64,000 nt of DNA, from NCBI GenBank assembly GCA_035285125.1, contig JAYKHR010000048.1:32001-96000 (forward strand), in the 5' to 3' direction. Each line of letters begins with the position of its first letter. Position 1 is the first letter of the stretch. The notes under the pieces are model-generated. The model was not told the origin of the DNA, did not search any database, and saw only the letters and a program-made list of their open reading frames with translations. Shown one piece after another: positions 25,358 to 35,287 of this stretch. The translations under genes were made by a program, and so were the position numbers. The DNA is from Candidatus Sericytochromatia bacterium. Its GTDB lineage: Bacteria; Cyanobacteriota; Sericytochromatia; S15B-MN24; JAQBPE01.

Positions 25358-27259
25358 ATGCAGCGGATCTGGGACGTGATCGTGGTGGGAGCGGGCCACG
25401 CCGGCGTCGAGGCGGCCCTGGCTGCGGCCCGCCTGGGTGCGGACACCCTGCTCGTCACGCTCGATCTGGCCGGGATCGCCACCATGCCCTGCAACCCCGC
25501 GATCGGAGGGCCGGCCAAGGGACACCTCGTGCGCGAGCTCGACGCGCTCGGCGGGGAGATGGGACGCGCGGCCGACGCGACCTCCCTGCAGGTTCGGATG
25601 CTCAACGAGTCCAAGGGCCCGGCGGTCCAGGCCCTGCGCGCCCAGTCCGACAAGGTCCGTTACAGCGAGTTCATGGCGACGGCTTGCCGGACCCAACGGG
25701 GCCTCACCCTGGCCGAGGGGCTGGTGGAGGGGCTGCGGACGCTGCCAGGAGGGGCGCTGGAGCTCGAGACGGCCTCGGGCGAGCACCTACAGGCCAGGGC
25801 CGTCGTGATCACCACGGGCACCTTTCTGCGTGGCGTCTGCCACACGGGCGACCGCCGGGTCGTCGCAGGGCGATTCGGGGAGCCGGCCGCCGAACGCTTC
25901 TCGGACAGCCTGCGGGCCCTGGGCTTTGAGCTCCACAGGCTGAAGACCGGCACCCCACCGCGCATCGCGGCGGACTCCATCGACTACGCCCAGCTGCAAG
26001 AGGAGCGCGGGGACGAGGCCCCTCCCCCGTTCTGCCTCGACCCTGCCGTCGCGCACCAGCCGCCGCCGCTGCCCCGCCTTTCGTGCTGGCAAACCCGCAC
26101 CACACCCGAGACGCACGCCGTCATCCTGGCGAACCTCCACCGCTCGCCCATCTACAGCGGGGACATCCAGGGCATCGGGCCCCGCTACTGCCCCTCGATC
26201 GAGGACAAGGTCGTGCGGTTTCGCGACAAGGAGTCACACCCCGCCTTCGTGGAGCCCGAGACGCTGGCGCAGGACGTGATGTACCTGCAGGGCTGCTCGA
26301 CGAGCCTGCCGGAGGACGTCCAGGAGGCCTTCGTGCGGACGATGCCCGGCCTGGCAAACGCCCGCATCGTGCGCTACGGCTATGCCGTCGAGTACGACTG
26401 TCTGCCCGCCACGCAGCTGCAACCCACGCTGATGGCGACGGCCGTGGCCGGCCTGTTCACAGCTGGGCAGCTGAACGGCACCTCCGGCTACGAGGAGGCC
26501 GCGGCCCAGGGGCTCGTCGCGGGCATCAACGCGGCCCACTGGGCGCTGGGCCGGGCGCCGGTGGTGCTGCCGCGCGCGGGGTCGTACATCGGCACCCTGA
26601 TCGACGATCTGGTGACCAAGGACATCCGGGACCCCTACCGCATGCTCACCTCGCGCTCGGAGCACCGCCTCGTCCTGCGGCAGGACAACGCGGACCAGCG
26701 CCTGACGCCGCTCGGCCGCGAGCTCGGCCTCATCGGAGACGGCCGGTGGGCGCGCTTCACCGCCAAGCGGCAGGCGATCGCCGATGGCCTCGCCTGGCTC
26801 CGTGCCACGCGCCTGCGTCCGGAAAGCCCGGCAGCGGGCCGCCTGAAGGCCCTGACGGGGGAGGGCGTCGAGCGCGTCCAGACCTGTGAAGAGCTGCTCC
26901 GGCGGCCGCCGGTGTCGATCGGGGCGCTGTGCGAGGCGCTGGCCGAGTCGGCGCCCACCTGGCCCGACGGCGTCGCCGCCCAGCTGGCCATCGAGGTCAA
27001 GTACGAGGGCTACATCCGCCGCCAGCAGGCCGCCATCGCCCGGGAGCGCCAGCTAGAGGACAAGCCGCTGGCCGCTGACCTCGACTACGCCGCTATCCGC
27101 GGCCTCTCTCGGGAGGCCCAGGACAAGCTCGCGCGCATCCGGCCGAGCACCGTCGGGCAGGCCAGCCGGGTGGGCGGGGTGACGCCTGCCGACGTCTCCC
27201 TCCTGCTCGTGCATCTCGCGTTGCGGGAGCGGGAGGAGGCGCCGGCCTTCAGGGCCTGA
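25358..27259 (+). CDS. mnmG: tRNA uridine-5-carboxymethylaminomethyl(34) synthesis enzyme MnmG
   Basis: VGAGHAGVEAA, MPCNPAIGGPAKG, GPRYCPSIEDK, AGQLNGTSGYEEAAAQG. Confidence 0.98.
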   Translation: MQRIWDVIVVGAGHAGVEAALAAARLGADTLLVTLDLAGIATMPCNPAIGGPAKGHLVRELDALGGEMGRAADATSLQVRMLNESKGPAVQALRAQSDKVRYSEFMATACRTQRGLTLAEGLVEGLRTLPGGALELETASGEHLQARAVVITTGTFLRGVCHTGDRRVVAGRFGEPAAERFSDSLRALGFELHRLKTGTPPRIAADSIDYAQLQEERGDEAPPPFCLDPAVAHQPPPLPRLSCWQTRTTPETHAVILANLHRSPIYSGDIQGIGPRYCPSIEDKVVRFRDKESHPAFVEPETLAQDVMYLQGCSTSLPEDVQEAFVRTMPGLANARIVRYGYAVEYDCLPATQLQPTLMATAVAGLFTAGQLNGTSGYEEAAAQGLVAGINAAHWALGRAPVVLPRAGSYIGTLIDDLVTKDIRDPYRMLTSRSEHRLVLRQDNADQRLTPLGRELGLIGDGRWARFTAKRQAIADGLAWLRATRLRPESPAAGRLKALTGEGVERVQTCEELLRRPPVSIGALCEALAESAPTWPDGVAAQLAIEVKYEGYIRRQQAAIARERQLEDKPLAADLDYAAIRGLSREAQDKLARIRPSTVGQASRVGGVTPADVSLLLVHLALREREEAPAFRA

Positions 27260-27659
27260 CCTCGAGGGCGGCGGTGGCAAGGCCATCGCCGAAGCCGACG
27301 GCCTGCACCTCCCAGCGACCCGGCGCCAGCTTGTCGAGCACCACCTGCCGTTCGAAAGGCACCAGCACTTGCATCACGGGCTCGTCCGTCGTCCGCCGCA
27401 GCCATGGCGAAAGCCGCACGCATCGCCCATCCCGAACCTGCTCGACGGCAACGAGTTCCCAGGACGGGTCCGGCAGCGAGCCCACCAGGGTGAAGCTGGC
27501 CGCGGTCCCCTGTCGCACGGAGGCCGGCCCCTTCACCTCGTCCACGTAAGCCAGGCGATGCGCCACCGGAGCCTCCTCCCGTCGCGCTTGGGCGTGCGCG
27601 CAGCCAACCAGCACCAGGCCCGTCAGGGCTCCGCTCAACACCGCGCCTAGCCGCATCAT
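27249..27659 (-). CDS. Hypothetical lipoprotein (single beta-sandwich)
   Basis: Lipobox VLVGC; AGGGAG RBS; beta-rich mature part. Confidence 0.6.
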   Translation of the reverse strand: MMRLGAVLSGALTGLVLVGCAHAQARREEAPVAHRLAYVDEVKGPASVRQGTAASFTLVGSLPDPSWELVAVEQVRDGRCVRLSPWLRRTTDEPVMQVLVPFERQVVLDKLAPGRWEVQAVGFGDGLATAALEVRP

Positions 27660-27677
27660 TGGACTCCCTTCACACGT

Positions 27678-27707
27678 GAAGGGGGGCGCTTGGCCGCGCC
27701 CCCCTTC
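27678..27707 (-). terminator. Hairpin, putative terminator after the LysM gene
   Basis: GAAGGGGGGCGC-N6-GCGCCCCCCTTC, perfect 12-bp stem; U-tract weak. Confidence 0.55.
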
Positions 27708-27721
27708 CGGCCACCAGCCGC

Positions 27722-30700
27722 CTAGGGCGAGCTGGCCTGCGCCTGCAGGGCGCTGAGCATCGCATCAGCCGTGCGGCCATCGACATACGGCGTGTACACG
27801 GGCTGCCCTGCGTCGTCCCGGAAGCCGGCGGCGATTCCGTTCTTCTGCTTGAAGTCGAGCACGGCGTCCAGCGTGGCCTGGTCGAACTGGCCGGTGATGG
27901 GGACCTTGTAGCCAAGGCCATCGAGGTACTGCTGCACCAGCTTCCGCGCGTCCGGGGTGCCGACCTCCGGACCGATGGACGACCCCTGCAGGCGAGCAGC
28001 CTCCCTGGCGACAGCCTCCATCGTGGCCTGCTGCCGCAGGGCAGGGTTCTGCAAGAGCCGCAGGGTGACGGTCATCGCCTCGCGGGTCCTCGCATCAACG
28101 TACTCGTTGACGTCGGCCACGGCCTTGCCGTCAGGCCCAGCCACCTGGTAGCCCTGCTTGATGCCCGCGAGCCGCTTGAAGTGCATCACGGCATCCGCCG
28201 TCGGGCTGACGGGCAGGCCACGCGCATCGAGCTGAGGCTTTCCGTCAGGGCCCGGCCGGTAGTAGTCGCCCGTCGCCTCGACGTCGTAACCGAGCCTCTG
28301 GAGCAGAGACTGCAGACCCTTGCGGTCTTCCACCGTGCCGGTGTCGGGACCGACGGCCGCGGTGGGGTAAGTGCTGATCTCGCTCCAGAAGTTCTGGAAG
28401 TTGGCCTCGCCGCTCGCCAGCCCAAACTGCTTGACGATCGCGTCGCGCTGCTCCCCCGTTGGCGCTGCGGGGGCCGCGGGCGCCGGGGCCGGGGCCACGG
28501 GCGCAGCGGAGGGGGGGGTGACGGGAGCCGGCGCCACGGGGGCAGCGGCAGGCGGCGTGCCAGGGGCCACCGGCACGGGGGCCGTTGGCGAGCCGCTCAC
28601 GGGAAGGTCGAGGCGCCAGCCCGGCAGGATGAAATCCGGGTTGGTGTTGAGACTCGGGTAGCGCTGGCCGTTCTGCTCGACGAGCTCACCCCAGCGCTGC
28701 TCGTCCCCAAGCCTGCGCCCCGCGATGTCCCAGAGGGTGTCGCCCGGCCGCACCACGTGGGGGGCCGGCGGTGCCGGAGGCCTCGGCCCCTCAGCCGGGG
28801 CCGTCGGCGCGGAGGGCTGCACCTCGCCAGCGGGCGCACTCGGGGCCGCGGGCGAGTTGCCGGGGGCCTGCGCGCCAGGCTGCACGCCGGGTTGGGGCGC
28901 CGCAGGAGCCGTTGCCGGGGCAGAGGGGCGGGCGGGCACATTCACCACAATGCCCTGGGCCTCGAGCTTCGGCCGCAGGGCCAACACCTCGGCCGGGGAC
29001 ATGCCGTCGATCTTGGCGCGCATCTGGGTCAGAACCTTGGTCGCCTCAGGGTCCGCGGTGGCAGCCAGCTCGGCGTCCAGGGCGGCCAGCAGGGCGGCCT
29101 TGTAGTCCGAGGCGTCAACCTCCGCAGGCGCCTGACCGGGGGCCGCCGCGGGCGCTTCGCCGGGCGCTGGCGCCGCCTGCGCCTGGTCAGTGGGAATGCG
29201 GATCTTGGTGCCGACAGCAATCACGCCCTCGTTGCCCAGGGAGTCGAAGAGATCCTTGTTAGCCTCGTAGATCTCGCCCCAGCGGCCCGCATCGCCCAGC
29301 TCGCGCCGGGCGATCTCCTCGAGGGTGTCGCCGTCGCGCAGCTCGTAGTAGCGGAAGCCCTGCGGGGGCGGCGCCTCCGGCCTGTCGCTGGCCTCCCGGG
29401 CCTTCAGCAACTCCCCCATCTTGCCGACGTTGCCACCCGTGCCCATCAGGCTCAGGGCGCCCAGGGCACGGCCGGGGTTCTTGAGGGCCCAGCCAGCAGC
29501 GCCCAGGGGCACCGCCACCGGGGCCGTGAGGATCTCCCAGGGCGAGGGCACCCGGATCGCCGAGATGGTCTTCCACGAGACGTCCGGCAGCGCAATCTTC
29601 GGCAGGAGCTCCAGGCCCCGGCGCAAGGTGGCAACCGTGCCCTCATAGGCCGCATCGAGGGCCGCGCCGACGGCCACCGGCACGTTGCCGATGATGCGGG
29701 CGTAATCGCCCACGGTCTTCGGCGCGTCGAGCACGTTCTTGACGGCCTTGCCGGCCTCACCGATCTTCTCGCCCGCCTTGCCGATGTTGTCGACGCCGGA
29801 CCCGATCTGCTGGCCGACGCGCTCGAAGCGGCCCACCTTGATGCCCTTGAGGGCGGACTCGACAAGCTTCGCCGTGCGCGGGTTCGCGGCCAGCGCCGCC
29901 TTCATGGCATCCAACTGAGCCTTGTAACCAGCCTTCAGCGCCTTGTCGGTGGTGGCGCTGGCGAGCCGCTCGAGCTGGTTGATGTGGGATGCGATGGCCT
30001 CGGCAGAGCGGACGTTGGCCATGCCGGCGATGAGGCTCGCGTTGGCCGCCTGAGGGGCCACGAGCTTGGTGGCGACGGGAAGCTGGGCAGCGGCCGTCTT
30101 GCTCACGCCGAACTTCGTGAGCTCGGCCGCGATGGCCTCCGGCTTCATGCCGGCCTTGAGCGCCTGGACGGTGTACCTGTAGGCCTGCGAGGAGCCCACA
30201 TTCTTGCCTCCGGCCGCCATGATCTTGGTGACGGCGTCGTCCCCGAGCCCAGAGGCCGCGATGTTGGTGGCGAGCTTGTCCGCGAGGCCGCGCTTGGCGA
30301 GCCGGGCCGCGTAGTCCTCGGCGTACTTCGCCCCGAGCGAGGCGAGCTTCTTGTTGTACGCTGCCCCCTTGAGCGTCGAGCCGGCCAGCTCGGCAGCAGC
30401 CTTCTTGGTGCCGAGCTGGCGGGCGAAATCGTCCGTAACCTGGCTGGCGGCCTGGCTCATCGTCGCCGTGGGTTTCGCAACCTTGCTGGCCTTGTCGCTC
30501 TTGGAGAGCGCCCCCGACGTCAGGGCGATGGTCAACACCTGGAAGCCCGCGCGCCCGACGAGCTCGCCGTAGCGGCCGTCCTTGTAGGCCGTGCTGTAAG
30601 GCTCGACGATCGCCTGCACCGCCTGCGCGGGATGCGTCGCCATGTAGACCAGGCCCTTGGCCGTGGTGATCGGGTTCGTGGTGACGAGCGTGTAGAGGCC

Positions 30701-30895
30701 CGCAACGGTTTCGGCCCCCTCCCGCACGAAGCCCTCGAAGAAGCCCATGACGTGATTGGGAGAGGCCTTGGCAGGCTCCGGAGCCGCCGCAGGCCTGGGG
30801 GACGCCGCATCCGCCGCGGGCTGGGCCTTGGGCGCAGCCGGGGTCGCGGCAGGGCGCACCGAGGGGCTGGTGGGCGGGTTCACGTCGGGAGCCAT
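27722..30895 (-). CDS. Large protein: Ala/Lys-rich helical N-terminal half, two LysM domains and two peptidoglycan-binding-like domains
   Basis: YELRDGDTLEEIARRELGDAGRWGEIYEAN and HVVRPGDTLWDIAGRRLGDEQRW (LysM); LQSLLQRLGY and VQQYLDGLGYKVPITGQFDQATLDAVLDFKQKNGI (PG_binding_1-like); CAGGAGG RBS; no signal peptide. Confidence 0.8.
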   Translation of the reverse strand: MAPDVNPPTSPSVRPAATPAAPKAQPAADAASPRPAAAPEPAKASPNHVMGFFEGFVREGAETVAGLYTLVTTNPITTAKGLVYMATHPAQAVQAIVEPYSTAYKDGRYGELVGRAGFQVLTIALTSGALSKSDKASKVAKPTATMSQAASQVTDDFARQLGTKKAAAELAGSTLKGAAYNKKLASLGAKYAEDYAARLAKRGLADKLATNIAASGLGDDAVTKIMAAGGKNVGSSQAYRYTVQALKAGMKPEAIAAELTKFGVSKTAAAQLPVATKLVAPQAANASLIAGMANVRSAEAIASHINQLERLASATTDKALKAGYKAQLDAMKAALAANPRTAKLVESALKGIKVGRFERVGQQIGSGVDNIGKAGEKIGEAGKAVKNVLDAPKTVGDYARIIGNVPVAVGAALDAAYEGTVATLRRGLELLPKIALPDVSWKTISAIRVPSPWEILTAPVAVPLGAAGWALKNPGRALGALSLMGTGGNVGKMGELLKAREASDRPEAPPPQGFRYYELRDGDTLEEIARRELGDAGRWGEIYEANKDLFDSLGNEGVIAVGTKIRIPTDQAQAAPAPGEAPAAAPGQAPAEVDASDYKAALLAALDAELAATADPEATKVLTQMRAKIDGMSPAEVLALRPKLEAQGIVVNVPARPSAPATAPAAPQPGVQPGAQAPGNSPAAPSAPAGEVQPSAPTAPAEGPRPPAPPAPHVVRPGDTLWDIAGRRLGDEQRWGELVEQNGQRYPSLNTNPDFILPGWRLDLPVSGSPTAPVPVAPGTPPAAAPVAPAPVTPPSAAPVAPAPAPAAPAAPTGEQRDAIVKQFGLASGEANFQNFWSEISTYPTAAVGPDTGTVEDRKGLQSLLQRLGYDVEATGDYYRPGPDGKPQLDARGLPVSPTADAVMHFKRLAGIKQGYQVAGPDGKAVADVNEYVDARTREAMTVTLRLLQNPALRQQATMEAVAREAARLQGSSIGPEVGTPDARKLVQQYLDGLGYKVPITGQFDQATLDAVLDFKQKNGIAAGFRDDAGQPVYTPYVDGRTADAMLSALQAQASSP

Positions 30896-31235
30896 CGGAG
30901 ACCTCCTGTGACAACCGCTGCGCCGGCAGCGGGCTGTTTCGGTTCAGGGGCGGGGCGCAAGGGGCGGCACACACCGGTGCCAGGGGCGCTGGAGCGGTTA
31001 TAGGAGCGGGGCGGCCTCACCTTGCGCGCGGCCGGCCCCCGTCAACCACCATCGTACCCGGCCGGCGAACCGCGTTGACGCTTGATTTCTGGCGCTTCAC
31101 TCCCATTTAACACGCGCCAGGCCGAAGCGGGTGGCCCCTAAGGGCTGGTTAAATCTCGCAACAGTTGAAGGTGCCCGCGCCAGGCGGGTTCCACGTGCCG
31201 AGCCAGCCGCAGCGCCAGGCCCTCGGCGCGCCGCT

Positions 31236-31259
31236 GAAACAGAAACTTAAAGAAGATTT
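31236..31259. promoter_or_regulatory. Conserved upstream motif, copy 1 (GAAACAGAAACTTAA-N5-ATTT)
   Basis: 19/24 nt identical to the copy at 56196-56219; both are intergenic and upstream of minus-strand genes. Confidence 0.5.
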
Positions 31260-31290
31260 ATTGGGCCTCGGCCGATCTGGCGGGCCGCGC

Positions 31291-31890
31291 TCACGTCCAG
31301 AGCCACACCAGCGTGGCGACCAACACGGCATACAGCGTCAGCGGCACACCCGCCACGACCAGTTCGGCGCCGACCAACGCCAGCGACGCCCGGCGAGAGG
31401 CAAGCCCCATGGTGGCCACCACCGCGGCGTGCAAGACCCGGGACATCCAGAGCAAAACCAGCAGCAAGCCGAGGCCGGCGGCGGCCAAGGCGCCCTGCCC
31501 CCAGCCCGCCAGCGCAACGATGGGCCCGATGAAGACGAGCGGCAGGAACGAGAGTGCCACCCCCGCCAGCAAGCCGTGAATGCCGCCTCGGCCCCCCATC
31601 ACGGAGGCGACGGCGTACAGGCCCACCCCCAGCGTCAGCCACGAGAGCAGCAGCCAGCCCACGCAGACGGCCAAGCCGAGCGCCAGGGAGGCCAGTGAGC
31701 CCTTGGCGCCCACCAGCGCGAGCATGGCCGCCACCAGCAGCAGGGCGGCCAACCCGGTGCCGAGCGGCAGGTCCTCGCCCCAGGCCTCGAAGGCCGCCAA
31801 GGGCTCGAACAGAGCCCCGTAGAGCAAGGCCAGACCGCGGGGACCGGTGGGCGCCTCGAGGGCTTCACCAGGGTGGTCGGTCGCCATCAC
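31291..31890 (-). CDS. Yip1-family membrane protein
   Basis: LYGALFEPLAAF N-terminal motif, five hydrophobic segments, GGRGG loop; coupled to sppA. Confidence 0.7.
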   Translation of the reverse strand: MMATDHPGEALEAPTGPRGLALLYGALFEPLAAFEAWGEDLPLGTGLAALLLVAAMLALVGAKGSLASLALGLAVCVGWLLLSWLTLGVGLYAVASVMGGRGGIHGLLAGVALSFLPLVFIGPIVALAGWGQGALAAAGLGLLLVLLWMSRVLHAAVVATMGLASRRASLALVGAELVVAGVPLTLYAVLVATLVWLWT

Positions 31891-31891
31891 G

Positions 31892-32872
31892 TCACTCCAG
31901 CAGCATCAAGGGCACGCGGTCGTAAGCTGCGGACAGCATCGCGGCGCGGGAACCCGCGAGCGACGCCAGCGGATCCGCGCGGCGCGAGATCAGGTGCAAC
32001 AGGCGCTGCCAGTCCCCGCCGTCGACCTCGTCCGGCTCCTCGGAGGGGGGCAGCGCCGCCAGCTTGCGGGCAGCGGCCACGGCCACCTCGAAGGAGCCCA
32101 GCTCGTCCACGAGACCGGCGGCCTTGGCCTGGCGGCCGGTGTAGATGCGCCCCTCCGCAAGCGGTCGGACGCGCGACACTGGCCAGCCACGCCCGGCCGC
32201 AACGGCATCCAGGAACTGTTCGTAAGAGTCTTCCACGATGCTCTGCAGGATGCGACGCTCTTCGCGCGTCATCATCCTGTCGGGCGAGCCGATGTCCTTG
32301 AGCCGCCCCGCTTTGATGGTGACGGAGCGGACGCCGACCTTGCCCATCAGGCCCTCGTAGTTGGCGAGGTGCATGATCACGCCGATGCTGCCCGTCAGCG
32401 TGGCGGCGTTGGCCACGATGCGGTCAGCAGCAGCCGCGATCATGTAGCCGCCTGAGGCACAGACGTCGCCCATCGCCGCCACGATCCGGACCTTCTTGTC
32501 CCGCTTGAGGCGGACAAGCTCGTCGTGCACCGCCTGCGAGGCAGCCGCCGACCCACCCGGGCTGTTGATCCGCAGCAGCAGGACCTTGGGAGGGTCCTTC
32601 CGCAGTTGGCCGATCACCTTGAGCAGGCGCCGCGCGGAGGCGCCGTCGCTGCCGCCGAAGCCGCCGCCCCCGTCATCTTCCAGGATCATCCCGTCGACGT
32701 TGAGCAAGGCGATCGCCGGGGTGCTCCCGCCGAGCCGCTCCCCGAAGCCAGCCAGGGGCTTGGCGGTGGCCTGCTGCCCCCGCGCGCCCTCGCCAACCCG
32801 AGACCACACGCCCACCGCGGTGGAGGCGCAGGCCACGAGCAGGGCCCCCATAAACAGCTTCTCGAGCCTCAC
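31892..32872 (-). CDS. sppA: Signal peptide peptidase SppA (S49)
   Basis: LRINSPGGS, CASGGYMIA, TGSIGVI, EGRIYTGRQA; GTG start overlaps the tmk stop. Confidence 0.93.
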   Translation of the reverse strand: MRLEKLFMGALLVACASTAVGVWSRVGEGARGQQATAKPLAGFGERLGGSTPAIALLNVDGMILEDDGGGGFGGSDGASARRLLKVIGQLRKDPPKVLLLRINSPGGSAAASQAVHDELVRLKRDKKVRIVAAMGDVCASGGYMIAAAADRIVANAATLTGSIGVIMHLANYEGLMGKVGVRSVTIKAGRLKDIGSPDRMMTREERRILQSIVEDSYEQFLDAVAAGRGWPVSRVRPLAEGRIYTGRQAKAAGLVDELGSFEVAVAAARKLAALPPSEEPDEVDGGDWQRLLHLISRRADPLASLAGSRAAMLSAAYDRVPLMLLE

Positions 32873-33507
32873 AGCACGGTCCTCATCTCGACCCCGAGGC
32901 GCCCCGCGAGCGCCTCCCGCATGGCACGCTGCACCCGCTCCGGCGGCTGCGTCGCGTCGATCACCACAAAGCGACCGGGCTCGGCCGCCGCGAGCGCCAG
33001 GTACCCGGCACGAAGCCGCTCGTGGAAGGCCAGCGCCTCGACCTCGAGCCGGTCCACGCTGCGGCTGGCGCGGACGCGCGCCAATCCCTCCGCGGGTGGC
33101 AGGTCGAGCAGCAGCGTCAGGTCGGGCCGCAGGCCGCCCGTCGCGATGGTGTTCAGCTGGCCGATCAGCGCCTGGTCGAGCCCCCGGCCGTGGCCCTGGT
33201 AGGCGAGCGTGGAGTCGCAGTAGCGGTCGCACAGCACGATGCTGCCCTGGGCCAGGGCCGGTCGCACCACGGTCTCGACGTGCTGGGCCCGATCCGCCGC
33301 GTAGAGCAGCAGCTCGGCGAGGGGGTTCAGCTCGCGGTTGGCAGGTTTGAGCAGGATCTCCCGGATCTGCCCCCCGATGGGGGTGCCGCCCGGGTTCTTG
33401 GTGGTGACGACGGTGTGGCCGAGGACCTCGAGCCAGTTGGCAAGCTGCGGCAGCTGGGTGCTCTTGCCAGCGCCCTCTGGCCCCTCCAGGGTAACGAAGC
33501 GTGCCAT
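32869..33507 (-). CDS. tmk: Thymidylate kinase
   Basis: FVTLEGPEGAGKST, ELLLYAADRAQH, CDRYCDSTLAYQG. Confidence 0.97.
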   Translation of the reverse strand: MARFVTLEGPEGAGKSTQLPQLANWLEVLGHTVVTTKNPGGTPIGGQIREILLKPANRELNPLAELLLYAADRAQHVETVVRPALAQGSIVLCDRYCDSTLAYQGHGRGLDQALIGQLNTIATGGLRPDLTLLLDLPPAEGLARVRASRSVDRLEVEALAFHERLRAGYLALAAAEPGRFVVIDATQPPERVQRAMREALAGRLGVEMRTVL

Positions 33508-33510
33508 GGC

Positions 33511-35109
33511 TCAGTTGGGGAAGATGCGCAGCCGCCGGTTCGGCTCCTCGCCGTAGGACTCAGAGCGCAGGTTGTAGCGTTCGACCATATCGTGCTGGAT
33601 GCGTCGGATCTTGGGAGAGGCGGGGTTCAGTTCGGCGGGCTCGGAGCGGGAGAGCACCGACTCGATGGCCGCCTGCGTCTCTTGCAGGGCCTCCTCTTCC
33701 TCCTCGCTCAGGGCGTCGGAGGGAGGGCCGCCGGTGTCGGGAAGCGGGGGCAAGGGGCCCGTGAGGGCGCCCTGGCCGGGCGTCTGGTCGAGGTGCATCA
33801 CCTCGCGCAGGGATTTTTGAATCTGCGGGATGGTGTTCGCCTTGACCACATAAACCGGGATGTTCTTGCGCTGGGCCTGCTCGAACACCTGGCCCCCGTT
33901 GCGGGCGTAGCTCTTGAGCACGAGCACGACATCGGCATCCGCCACGTTCTTGGTCACGACGGCGGGCAGCCGCAGCGTCCGGATCACGCGCTCGAGCTGG
34001 CTGCGGCTGACGGCGTAGGGGTAGATGCGCATCCGGCCAGCCGCGTCAGGCTCGTCCCGCTGCGACCGGTCTTCAGGCTGGTAGGCAGTCTCCCGCAGCA
34101 CCTTGACCTTCCCCTGGTCGTCCAGCGCCCGGATCTCCGGCTGCGGCACGTACCCCCGCAGCAGCTGGTCGACAACCTCCGCGACGTCGAGGTGAATGGC
34201 GAGGCGGTCGCGGTCCTGCAACTCGATGGCGATGTCGAAGGTGGGCGGCGCCTTGCGCTCCAGGATGGTTTTCTGGGTGCCCCGGCGGCGGGCCTCCTCG
34301 TCCGAGAGGGTCACGGACTGGATGCCACCGACGAGGTCAGAAAGCGTCGGGTTCATCAGCAGGTTCTCGAGCGAGTTGCCGTGAGCCGTGCCGATCAGCT
34401 GCACGCCACGTTCGGCGATCGTGCGGGCCGCGTAGGCCTCCTTCTCGGTGCCGATCTCATCGATGACGATGACCTCAGGCATATGGTTCTCCACCGCCTC
34501 GATCATCACGCCTTCCTGCGCCTCGGGCGTCGCCACCTGCATGCGGCGAGAGCGGCCGATGGCCGGGTGCGGGATGTCCCCATCACCCGCGATCTCGTTG
34601 CTGGTGTCGATGACAATGACGCGCTTGTTGAGTTCGTCGGCGAGCACCCTGGCGATTTCCCGCAGCTTGGTGGTCTTGCCGACGCCCGGGCGGCCCATAA
34701 TGAGAATGGAGCGGCCCGACTCGACCAGGTCGCGGATCATGTCGACGGTTCCCAGGATGGCCCGCCCGACGCGGCTGGTCAGCCCGATGATCTTGCCCTG
34801 CCGGTTGCGGATGCCACTGATGCGGTGGAGCGTCCGCTCGATGCCCGCCCGGTTGTCACCGGAGAAGGACCCCACGCGAGAGATGGCGTGGTCGATGTCC
34901 TCCTGGCTGGTGGGCTGGTCGCCCAGGTAGACCCAGCGGCCGGGAAACCTGGCCTCGGGGATGCGGCCGAGGTCCATGACGATCTCGATGAGATCCTCCA
35001 GGCCCTCCTGCTTGCGCAGGATCGCGACCAGGCGCGCCGGCAGGATCTCCAGGAGTTGCTCCTGGTTGTCCGTCACGCGCTTCTCGTGGATGCGGATGTC
35101 ACCTGCCAC
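33511..35109 (-). CDS. Ycf45/SpoIIIAA-family AAA ATPase with C-terminal R3H domain
   Basis: EIVMDLGRIPEARF, GRPGVGKTT, EAVENHMPEVIVIDEIG, IRRIQHDMVERYNL...GEEPNRR; GTG at 35109 after GGAGG. Confidence 0.88.
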   Translation of the reverse strand: MAGDIRIHEKRVTDNQEQLLEILPARLVAILRKQEGLEDLIEIVMDLGRIPEARFPGRWVYLGDQPTSQEDIDHAISRVGSFSGDNRAGIERTLHRISGIRNRQGKIIGLTSRVGRAILGTVDMIRDLVESGRSILIMGRPGVGKTTKLREIARVLADELNKRVIVIDTSNEIAGDGDIPHPAIGRSRRMQVATPEAQEGVMIEAVENHMPEVIVIDEIGTEKEAYAARTIAERGVQLIGTAHGNSLENLLMNPTLSDLVGGIQSVTLSDEEARRRGTQKTILERKAPPTFDIAIELQDRDRLAIHLDVAEVVDQLLRGYVPQPEIRALDDQGKVKVLRETAYQPEDRSQRDEPDAAGRMRIYPYAVSRSQLERVIRTLRLPAVVTKNVADADVVLVLKSYARNGGQVFEQAQRKNIPVYVVKANTIPQIQKSLREVMHLDQTPGQGALTGPLPPLPDTGGPPSDALSEEEEEALQETQAAIESVLSRSEPAELNPASPKIRRIQHDMVERYNLRSESYGEEPNRRLRIFPN

Positions 35110-35287
35110 CGACTCGGCCTCCCTCCAGGCCCCGCGAACCCCGGGGTCTGCGTCCCTCACCCACGCGCCACGCGCGTCCAGTCCGATGCAGCCGCTCACT
35201 CACCAACACGCGAGGAAAGCTGGGTGGCCGAATCGGCTCTACCATAGCACGCCATACCCCGCCCCCGGGGCGGGGTTTCGAAACCCC

